A stretch of DNA of 57,676 nt, filler included, from Bipalium vagum (Eukaryota), in assembly GCA_037834085.1 (NCBI GenBank). It is 3 parts of 3 records of this genome, joined end to end, with 100 filler letters (N's around TTAATTAATTAA, not from the genome) between each part and the next. Parts side by side here need not be neighbours in the genome. Positions count along the whole stretch, not along the records: positions 1 to 16,593 come from JBBMKC010103935.1; 2 more parts are not named here. One strand, given 5' to 3'. Below are positions 1 through 12,000 of this stretch, piece after piece. The position numbers and the translations under genes are program-made. The notes under the pieces were generated by a model that had not been told where the DNA came from, made no database searches, and was given only the letters and a program-made list of their open reading frames with translations. Every line of letters starts with the position of its first letter. The stretch's first letter is position 1.

Positions 1-263
1 TAATAATAATGAAGAAGAAGAAGAAAGATATAATAATGATAATAATATTAGAGAAAATGAAATAGTAAATAATATAAAATAATAATAAATAAAAATGATA
101 CGGTTTTAGTGTGAATAAATAATTTAATAAATACCAAAGTGTTTGTATTGGTTATAATTTTGAACAAACCATCTATAAATAACAATAATTACAGTTCTGA
201 AGACAATTAATATTAATAGCTTGTGTGACTGACAGTCAGATCTTGATGGATATATTTTAATAG

Positions 264-3200
264 AAAAACATTGAAGAAATTCGTGACGATCACTTAAAAT
301 CTACCAGTACCGTGTTGAGGGATAGTTATACTAAAAGTAGTAATGGTAGTGATTATTCGAGACCAAAAAATTCCAAAACTAAACCGCTTTCTGACAGCAG
401 ATTGCAAAAGAAAAGGTCCGTTCCATTTGATCGATCTCCACCTTTTAAAAAAAGAGAAAATAAAAAGTTTCTGACAAAAGATCTTCCCGAAAAAACTTTA
501 CCGGTTAGAATGTACTTTTGTATACATTTACAGTGTTACATACCTGGGAATATTAAAATTGGCTCACTTCCCTCACCTATGTTCTCATTAATTATTGATT
601 TCCCATATTTGCACTAAGGACCTTTTCACTCTGACAGCATCATCAGAAAATAGTTGATCATATGAATTATTTTTGTCATTTCAAGGGTGAAAGTTTCAAC
701 ATTTTCTGTTGGTTAATTTTCGATTTTTTCTCATTTCATAAAGCGTCTTTTTCTATTTGATTTTTAAATGTTTCCGACAATTGGCAACTCGTTTAAAATT
801 TTCCTAGCGATTTAATAAATTAATTTAATAACTTTTCGATGAAAGATCAAAAGGAATTCAATCAACACTCTGATAAAAGAAGACGTGAAGAAAAATAGAA
901 AACCAAAGTTATTCTTTATTGAAGTATGGATCCCATTCTCCAAATTAATGAAAAGAGTGATTTGGAGAACAGAGCTCAGTCGTACTGCGATAGCTGAATG
1001 AAAGATTTCATCGACCTGTCCAATCATTTTCAGAAAGTTAATCAATTCTAAATATTGAAAACTCATCATTCTACTTGAGAGCAATGTTAAGTCGCAATCT
1101 GGTCTTCACAAACAAAATCGTTCCATCGTTCATTATTGATTATAATAGTATTTAAATAGTAGTTACCTGAAAGCGGAGCAGAATGCACGATTTACTACCT
1201 ATCCTACCATCTATAAGCATAAGTTTGAACAACAATAATCAATAATCAACAAGCAGTTATTGGGATTGGATGATGGGACATTATAATGCTCAGATGTCCT
1301 ATTTTCATGAGGCAAGCAAGTTACTCTGTTTTTATTTTTCATTTCCCATAAATTCATTTTGGTCGCTCTTTTTCTCGATATCGCTCAAGTTGGGAAACAC
1401 TTTTTTTGGTGTATTGTAAAGTTTTTGAGTTTAATTAGAATTTTTACCTTGGGTTTTTTGGGAAAAGTGATTTGTTTAAATGCTACATTAAAACACATTG
1501 GAAGATCTTTTTTTTATTAAGTAAATTTAATATATCAAACCTTTTTTTCGACAATTCTCAACGACTATAAACGAGAACAGCGATAACCTAACAATCAATA
1601 ACATAATGACATAACATAATAATAGCAACCTAATCATAATGAAACTTTTTACGGTGTTCCTCCATACTTGTCAACTATCAAATAAACTTCATTGTGAATG
1701 ACACCAAATATTGTCTGGAACGCAGTAACAATAATTAAATGAATATGGGCCAGTGAACACTGAGAAAAATTATATTTCTGTGAAAATTATTTTAATTGAT
1801 CAATTTTAATAATAATATTATTTTTTTCACAGGAATCATTTACTTTGGACGATATTGTCGAAATAACGAAGACAAACGAACAAGTCAATACCATATCCAA
1901 TGGTCTTCAAACGCATTTGGAAGATGCTGACACGTACGTTTGAATATCTTTGCTACCAAATTAGAGTGAACCGAAACTCAAATGATTTTCTTAATAAAAA
2001 AATTGGAAGTTGAATTTTAGAGTGGATAAAATCATTTAATCTTATTGAATTACAAGCAAAAACGGTTTCGACATTCGGTATATTGTGCTATATGGGTTCC
2101 AAATTGGTCGTACTGGTGCAGAGGCGGCACGAAGCGTAATATAAAAGTTGTTGGTTTGACTAACGTCGGACCGGAAATGTCTGACTCGATGATAATGACG
2201 ATCTTGGACTATTACGGTAGACTCAGACAAAAAGCATACCGAAAGTTGCGAAAGACACTAACCTGGATCATACCACATGTCTTTACCACTAGAATAAAAT
2301 GGGACAGGCCTTGTCGTGCCTCACGACAACGAAGAAAGTTAATGACATCAGTCATTACTCGAGAACATTTGTCTAATTTTGGGTATAGGACTTGATAAGG
2401 CTCCGTACTCACTTTTTCATTTCTCAACCAACTGAATATATTTATGTCTAGAAGGATGATACGCAACGAGGATGACGTAAGAACGTCTTTGAGAATTTTA
2501 GCGCATCTAGAAGTCCCTAATATTATGCAGTTCCTATAAATATTCCTTTTGTCCGTTTGGAAAAAGGTACAGATTCTAAAAGCAGCACATTGATGGTCTA
2601 ATTTTTAAAGCTGACTTTTGAGGACAAATGGTGGGTCTACTCAACAGTCACTATTGCCAACCACGTTTTTGGATCGATGAAGATATGTGATACCATCATC
2701 ATTGTGTAAGTGGAATTTCAGCTGATTCTAGTTCGTAGAATCTTAGTCTCCGGCCTCCTGAGTGCTGTTTTTGATGGAATGCATTGATTTTTAAGTAAAA
2801 ATATTACAGGTCAATTGAAATCTGGGAACTTTATTTTGAAAGATTGGAGAGTTCTTGGCGACTATAGTTTTCTCTTATCTGGGCTTGTTACCGTCACAGT
2901 CTCGCTTGTTTAACTCTGTGATTGGCCGGCTGCAATGTTGATGATAAAGACACTGTCAAGTGGAACTGCCAAGATTACTTCAAGTCTTTTGTTATCTTTA
3001 GATTCCCAAGAAGCATCAAAGAGTTTGAAAATAGTTATCATCGACACCAAAGACCGGTGCTTTGAAACTCAATAATGGTTTATTTATAAGATACCGTGAT
3101 CGTAATGAAAGAATGAGTTGATCTCGGTTCACTCTAATCAATGTGAAATCTAAAAAATGTAAAACAATCGATATCACTTTGCAAATCTGGTGAAAGGACA

Positions 3201-5978
3201 GCGATTAAAACCTCTTAAACCATTTAGGAATATCTTCAAGTGTCTTTCGGAAACGAGCGTTCGACTATTGACGGAGATGGTGACGGTTTGCAGCAAACTC
3301 AACTATCTGGTATCGAGGAATCAGGGCGAATCTCTCCGAAATGGTACTTTCTTTTGTTGGTACTTTGCTCTAATCACTGATGAGATCCACAAGTTTTGTC
3401 TCCCGTTTCCTCTCTCCAGAAACCATTGTGCCCATTTTGAGTTTTTCTTTATTCTTTTATCTCTCTTTTAAAATTGAAATAATCTTATTTTATTATTATT
3501 TCTTTTCTGTTATTCGTAATTTTTCATTGGTAATATTAATTTATTTTATTTTCATTATCATTTATTATCAATTTTTTTGTTTTTATCTTTTTTGTAAATA
3601 AAAAATAATATTTTTAGTTTTTACCTGTACTCTCTTTCTGAAATACATGCTTTTTATTTAAATCGAATGAAATAAAATTGATATTATTTATAAAACCTGT
3701 GAGTATTTAAACCGATTTCTAAGCTACTACTTTAAGCATTACTTGTATGGCCAGCAAAAGACTTCTAGTGAGAACAGATCACAAAGCAATAGAATGCCTT
3801 TTGAAGACAAAAAAACCAATAACACCGCAATTTCAGACGTGCGTAAAATATCTCAGCAGTCTAGATATAGAGAAAAGAAAAGAAATACAGAAAAGAAATT
3901 AAGCACACGAATGCAGACATGCTATCGAGAAAAACTTGCGATACATGCTCTCTATGATGAAGAGCCAAAGACAGAAAAAAGGAAGACCAGAGCAATAAAT
4001 ACAGTAAACGAAGGGACAGTATATAAATGGCAGAATAATGAAAAAGAAGATATTGAAAAGAGAATTACATCTTATTTCCGCTTTGGAAGATGGTTTGGTC
4101 AAAACGTTCGAAGGAAATATATGGATTCCAAAACTCAAGAGCCGAATGTTAGATGAAGAGATTCACAGATCTCTAACACGTGCTGGAACCGAAAAAATTA
4201 TTAAGTATACAGCTGATTTGTACGATATAAAAAACCTGAGAGAGACGGCAGCAGAAGTTATAAAACAATGCGAAATCTGTCAGAGGCCTAAAGTAGTCAC
4301 AACAAAAACGAAAGAAGATACAATGAAATTATCAGCCGATGAGCCATTTGAAGATGTATATAGATATTTGCAATCCGTTAAAAGAAACTTTTTGAAGGAA
4401 ACGATACATACTTGCGATTATAGATCAGTATAGCAGGTACATTTCATTAATGGCGATAATGAAGCAAGATGGGGATACAATTCGAAGAATAATACTGGAA
4501 AAATGGATCTATAAATATTGTGCCTCAAAGGAAATCCATGTAGATTGTGGGAAGTTCTCTTGTTTTACAGTTTATAAGACACTAGCCACACAGAATAACG
4601 CCAAATTCTGTTTGTCCAGTCCGTATTATCATAACACCAACGGCATAATAGAACGGCATTTCCGAACAATTTCGTGACTACATGAATACTATTATGGCTG
4701 AGAGAAGAAACAATGATTGGGAAAGACAAATGTCCAAACACGGTGAACAGAAAAATTCATGACAGGAGATATGCATTGGAAGATAGAAAAGGAAAAACAA
4801 TCGAAAGGAATGTTGAAAAAATTAAAAAATTCTTGAGAAGGGGGATGTGAGTATATAAACTGATTTCTAATTTTAAAATATTTATATAGTGCATAATTTA
4901 AATGTTAAATTAATTTAATTTTAATATTTATTTTAAAATAATTTTTATTTTAATTTTTAATGACACTATATATTGATTTATTAAGAATGGAAAATTTGTT
5001 TAAGTATTATTGTTTTAAAAAGCCTTTTCAAAAATATATTGCTTAAACTATGACTGATTTATTTGATATCGCAGCTAACAAAAACATTTATTTATAATAA
5101 ATCACTTAGGACAACGTAAAATTTTTTTTTAATTTATTGATTTAAAAACTTAATTAATAATTGATTGGAATATTTTATGTCAATAATTTATCCCAGTATT
5201 TTTTAATTATTGATTTATGTAATCAATTTTTATTTCAAGATTAAAGTTTTACTAACGAAGAAATGAAGATCTGAAACATCGTTATGTTCAAGTTCAACCC
5301 TTTGTTTTGTTGGTCAGCTTGGTACGGTAATGGTTTCCGGTGTTTATAGGTTGAAGAGATTTTAGCAGCGGCAGAGTTGTTTTACCATAAAAATAATTTT
5401 TAACATTTTGAAAGCTTCTCTTTATATTGACTCTCTTTATTTATATCCATTGAATTCTTGCTTCATTTATAATAATAAAAATAATAATTATAATAAATGT
5501 TATGGAGTTTATGGGTTTGAGCGTTTCGTGAAGTTTTTTAAAATTTGTGGTAATTAGACATTCAAATCAATAATGTGTTTTGTTATGTGAGTGAAAATTA
5601 TTGGAGATTTCAGCCCATTCTTCAACAGTGGAAAATGTTGAATCTCCGGAACAATGTTGATCTTCAAATCTTTGCCAATTTTGAAGGCCATTTTTTATAA
5701 AATTGATTAATGATATTGTTTGACACTGTGTAACGATTGATCAAATATTATTTTTAGTGTCGTCTCATGGATAATTTTCTCACTTTCGAATTCAGAGACA
5801 GGTGCTATTTTTTACTATTTCTAACGACCTGGCCAGCAAATGTTAACAACTTATCTCTTATATTTTATTTTAACCCCCATATCAACTTAATTTATGATCA
5901 TGTAACCATCTAAAACGGTTTTTAATGTCTTGCATCTTTTTGCGTAAAGATAATAATGTAAAGAAATAAAACTTATAT

Positions 5979-6029
<51 letters not shown>

Positions 6030-9000
6030 GCTATTATTCTGGTATTATATAATAAAATGAAGATGTATATCAGTGTTCTTTTATTATACAAACCGACTTC
6101 CAATTTTATTTCCGAATGTAAAATATTTCCTGAAACATTTTTTGAACCTTTGCAGGTAGGAAAGACTACACTCCGTTGGTAACAGAATACCTGCAGTACC
6201 TGATGTCGCTGGACCTCGTTGATTTCAGTACTGAAAATTGTAAAAAGCATCCTGTCTACGGTAAGATAATCACAACCAAATTGATTTATTAATGAGGAAA
6301 TGTTGAGGTCAGATTTGCTTGTCAATTTGGAATCCAATGTCAGATTGCTGATGGAGGGTGACAGACAAGGTGAGACAATCATTTGAAGGTTTTCAGTTGT
6401 TGGAACATAAAGTTATGTGAAAATCAACCTTATTTAAAATCAACTGAGTAAATATTTTGCTGAGAAAGCTTGTGGAATCTGTCATTCTAAGTGCTTTCCT
6501 CGTTTTATGACTGAAAGCATCATAAAATTCGACATAGTTTCGACAATTTTTCATATTCAATTATTTGAAGAAATCTGAATTAAGCCTGACACCGAAGAGA
6601 TGTTTCTATCTACTTAATTTAGCTTATCGGAATGAAACACCACCAAAAACCTGAACTGAAAATGGTTCGCAAAATTCCAGGGCTACGCACAATTTTGATT
6701 TAGAGATCGAAATAAAATGGACCAGAACTGTTAGAGTTCGTTCATAGTAAATTTACATGATCACTGGTGATGACATATAGATTTTTTGAACCTTTATGGT
6801 AATAAGCAGCCGTCCACTGTCTGGGTATTTAAAGGTCATTTAAAAACACGAAAAGTTGTTCGTTTCCACAGTGGTACCGAGAAAATATTAAGCTGTTCTT
6901 TTTAAAAGTCAAAGAACTATCATTTCTGAATGGTCGGCAAAACTGTTTGATTACACAAGTAAGTGATTTCCAACATTAGACAATCGATCTCGACAAACCA
7001 TTTTTCATCATTACAACTTCAACTCTCATGAGACCAGGCGAACATTTTTTTACAAATTATACAGAATTAACGACACATCCCGTGTTCACACGAATTGTTA
7101 TCTACCTGACATTTTTTCTGATCCGATATAGAAGAGAAATCTCATGCCGGATGCTGCAGTTTTGCGGAATTCTGGGCCTTGTCTGAGGTACCAATTTCAG
7201 AAGTTTCAGTGGAAAGAATGCCACTAAAATTAGTTCAATAGCATGAAAAAATGTGAGAACGGCTTGAGGGCGTTTATGCGGAGTATTTGAAAAGTGTTTG
7301 GTTTTTTCAAGCTCCAGATTCCACAGGCTTTCTCAAAACCTGACCACAATTAGGAAACGAATCAGTAAACATTTAGGAGTCTTTCAGCTCAGAAGAATAA
7401 ATATCGGTCGAAAGTCATTTCTGATCTTTAATACTCTATAAACACAATGCAAAGAACAAAATTTCCACGACTTTTCTTCTTATGTCACGAATGATTATCG
7501 CTTATTTTTCTTTCCGATTGGAACAGGGAACGGAGACATCAGCCAGTCACTGGAGAGCTATTATCAAGACCAGCTGAATAAATGTTACGAAGACATCAGT
7601 AGGCTGAAGCAGCAGCTGGAGTCGGCTCAGCAATTGTTTGCCAGTAAATTACCTCTGGATGCTTCTCAAGGTATGGCGAATATTATACATGTTGATCTCG
7701 ATCTTAACGGGTTTTCTTTTATTGTATTTGCTTTATTTAATGTGAAAATGTTAAAGTCTTCAAAGTCTCAGATCTCATCCGGGTCTTTCACATTTAGGAG
7801 TTGATCTTTTACTCTTGGATACCTTTAAATTGAAATATCTTATAAATAAATCTTTAAATCAGTATAAAACTCTTCCATTTTATTCTAATTTTCTATTGAA
7901 ACAAACGACCGATTGTTCACATGACAGTTGTGACCTCAGTGGCAATTATTATAAACCTTGTAGGTCAATGAATGCTTGGCGCGTCTCACCTTTTCAAATA
8001 TCAACTTAAGTTACATTTAACTGCACAATGAAGGATATTTCATTAAGTAATCATTCTATTTATATGTGAATATTGATTTTTAATGAAAAATATTTGACAT
8101 CACAAAGGTGGATTGTCTTGTTTACGAAAGAACATGCAAATATGTATGTTCTATTCTCCAGGAGTTCAGCAAATGAGCTCACGCTTGGCGGTTGGTAAGC
8201 CGAATTTGAACCAGGTGATGATAATCTAACAAATATCACTCAACGGAGGCTTTCGGCTGCAATAATTGATAATCAATTGAAGGCAAATTAATTTCGTACC
8301 GTTCCATTACAATTTTCTTCCACTTGAAAAAGATTGAACCTGCTTTATTGACACTTAGCAAAAAATCAATGGCTTTAACACTAATTTATTGCAGTAAAGC
8401 TGGTTTTTTTACTCTGGATTCTGTCTGTCCTGGAAAATATATCGCTGTACAATAAAGGTCAAAGATCATTATTGTTTTCTACTCTAAAGTTAGGATAACA
8501 ACTCTTTCTGCACTGAACCTATAAAAATGAACCAGGAATTTTATTCTGAAATACTCTGCATTGGTCAATAGAAAGCACGTGATCCTGGTTCACCATTATA
8601 CATTCCAAAGGAAACCCTGCCCGAAATCAAGAACAGTCAAACTTACTGTTTCATCCACATTTAACAGAGCTGGTACCGACGGATTTTTATTTTTAAAAAT
8701 ATTTCGGTAATTTCTTTTACAAGTTTTCACGCACTTGTCAACCTGGCAACCACGAAGAAAGTTTCTGATTTCATCAATAGTTTAAAGAAAGAATTATATT
8801 AAAAGTTTGATATCAGCAGCTTTAATGAACAAAAGTATTCCTTGTACCTTTTTTGTTCTTCTTAAGAAACGTTCCAAGTTCAGACATTTTTGGTAAAATT
8901 TGCCTTTATTCTTCAACTGTTCCAAAACTTCTTAGCTTTTCCTCAGAATATCATATTTCTAATATCTAAAATATTGTTTGCAATAATAATATCTAGTGTA

Positions 9001-12000
9001 TTGATCTGCCTAATTTATGAATGTCACATCTTCAGCAAAATTTACGAACCTTTGCCATTTCTTGAAAGGTAATTTAATTAGATGCCTTTGTCTGGGGGTC
9101 GGTGAAATTATTTTTTTGATATATTTCTTTTTGCTTTGGATTTAATTTGGAAAATTTAATTTTTATTGATTTTTGAATAACGGTTTTTACCTTCAGAGGT
9201 TTAATAATTATCGATTTTATTTGTTAAAGTTCGTTTATTGTTTACATTTGTACATGATCTTAAAATCTGAATATTGTCCATGTCTGAAATATTTCTCTAA
9301 TTATATTACGATGTCCCATAAAAAATAAGCCTTTTGTAGAAAGACGTAAAATAAAGCACGCCTGATCTAATATTGTTTCATAATCCACAAAATTTTCTTA
9401 ATAAAATATTCAGTTTAACTTTTATTACATTTTGTTTTAATGTTTATGGCGCGAAACGTGATAACAGAGAAATATGAAATTTTGTCACTTTATTTCCCTA
9501 TATGGAAAAAATGTGCACATCAGAAGCCACTAAAATATTGCGCCAGTGAGATTAAAACGAGCACAACAAAACAGTGGTTCGCCAAGTTCAATGGAATTTA
9601 ACTATTACCACGTTCACCGTTGACTTTCATCTGTTTCGTTCCATGGCATATTTTCTGCGGGACGGTATTTTGAGAATAAAGAAGAGTTTCAGAATAAAAT
9701 CCAATTATTCTTTGACTCCGAGCTTTCGGATTGGTGGGATCTAAAAAATTGCCACACTTTGGGCTCTTGTGTTTGATTTTTTTTGTGAAGATTTGTATTG
9801 TGCAATAAAAATTAAAAAAAGGATTTCTTATTCAAAACGCTAATTAATTATGGGACAAACTAATAATATCATTTGGAATACAATTGACCGAGATCATCTT
9901 TAGAGAATTGATTCAATATTTATCTTTTAGCTTGAAAAAATATTTGTGATAAAAATTGATAGGTTATTGATTGTTTTCCAGTCCTTTTCGACGCTAAGCA
10001 AAAATTCCAGTCGGAATTAGAAAGTGTCGATAGAGAATATGCCAGACAAATGGTTCGAGAACGGAAACGTTTAGAAGAGTCGGAGACTTTGTACAATGAA
10101 CTGTTGACGGAGCACGAGGACATGCAAAAGAAGTACAATGAGACCGTGATCAGCTATAATCAGCAAATCGAACAGTTGGAAAGAAAGATTGAGGCTGATC
10201 GAAGGTTCATCGACCAGCAACAGTTCGAGTGGGAACTGGAGAGATCACAACACAACGAAGAAATTGATAATCTCAATAAATCTTTAGAACGAATGAGAAA
10301 GACTCCTTGCAGGTATTAATTTGTTATGTAACCCATAATGGCAATATTTCTTTTTTATATAACGTCTTTAATTGAAGAGAACAATTCATTGATTGGTTTT
10401 CAGGGGTTTTCATATTCTTTTTGGACAAGTTTGAAAAAGAAGAGGTAAAGGAGAATAGCGAAATTAAATTTTGTTTAACTGAATATTGAAGACGCAGCTT
10501 CGAATAATATTATATTTGTCTAAACGAGTTCCTAATACCCAACGATTTTATGATTTTTGCTCTACAGAAATAGAGAACACGATCCTTTCTTCTCCATATG
10601 TAATTAACACATTGGCTTTCGGGCCAATTCGCTAGCTGGAAACATTATTATTAATGTTTGGAGGCCAAAGAAATTATGACACTATACAATGGAACGAAAT
10701 GGTCGGTAACTATGGCTAAACGTCTGAAAGCGCCCCTCATTCCTGACAGCCAATTTATTAAACATGATTGGTTGTCTTTTACCTATAAGGTTGTGCAAAA
10801 TCAATGATTTTCAATTTGAAAATAAATTAATGTTATCTATTTATCTTTTCATGTCATTGTATACCCGACACGTGCCTTTTTTTCTTGTTCAATGTTACAG
10901 CGCTTGTACTTGTTTAAGTTTATGTTTACTTGCTTATTTTCAATAATTTCAGAGGGAACATAAAACCCTCTCGTAACCATGGCAAATATTATTAAAGATT
11001 AATACACTAGTGACAATCTCTCACCGGACTACATCAATTCTGTGACGATAATGAAAAACAATTACAGGCCGGGTTCATTATCTAAATCTAAATTAAGGCG
11101 ATTTTCGTTGGAGTCTTCGGAAGTAATTTATTATCAGAGACTGTGCAAAATAATCGATTTACCCTTGTTAAGATTTCGTGCAATAATAATGCGACTCAAA
11201 CTGTGTCCGTTGATGTGATAATCTTCAAAGACAATCTCTCCGTGGTAGACCTTGAACGGTTTGATGAATTTTTTCCTCTACGGAAGGTTGGTGTGTTATT
11301 ATTAATTTTTATATTTTCAATAAATTTTTCAATGTTCCTTACTTTTCTTGATCGTTCTTCTTCGGATTACTGGTAAATATGGTCACCGAAAGGTCAGTGT
11401 TGCTTCTCAAACCATTTTCATTAGCATTATTGATGCTATCTATAATTAATAATTATAATTATATAATTATTATTGAAAAAATAATGTTATTACTTTATTC
11501 TAAATTATCTCTTCAAAGCACTGTCCGGTTACATAGTTACTAGTCTGTCAGAGTTCATGACTGATGTAAAGGTTCAATTATTGGAACAATAAGTTCCCTA
11601 ATATTTTTCAGTTTTTATTTTCATATTTCAATGTAGATTTCTTTACACGTTGTGAGACGAAAAGGTCGAGTCTGTAGAATAAAGTTTATGTCTTGATACA
11701 AAGTCATACGTTTAGAAATGATCCAGTTTATAATTACTAACAATCTTGCAAGATATTAGGTGTGGGAATTAGTCCCATATTTTTGTATTAGCTTAATTTA
11801 TAGAACAGATTTTGTGTATTTTTCAACGAAAATAAAATTAAGAGGCAATATTTGAGTGCGTTGTGACAATTAATAGCGATTATTTGTTTGATTTGATTGG
11901 ACTAGTTATTATTGCAAGCGGACATGCACAATTCTCTCAGGACAAAGGTCGTTTGTCGCATTAAGAAGCTGTATTGGTTTGTTTCAATTTAAGGAGATCA

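Noticed and set aside
3375-3430. CTGATGA...GAAAC as a hammerhead ribozyme core
   Set aside because: There is no convincing stem II closing pair and no stems I/III.
5240-5400. Possible extra exons of the coiled-coil gene (NEDLKHRYVQ, VEEILAAAELFY)
   Set aside because: No acceptor/phase combination fits without a stop, and exons 3228-3343 and 7527-7670 already join in phase.
5882-6382. 166 aa minus-strand ORF with a hydrophobic poly-Ile stretch
   Set aside because: The hydrophobic run is a translated (TAA)n microsatellite and there is no other coding evidence.
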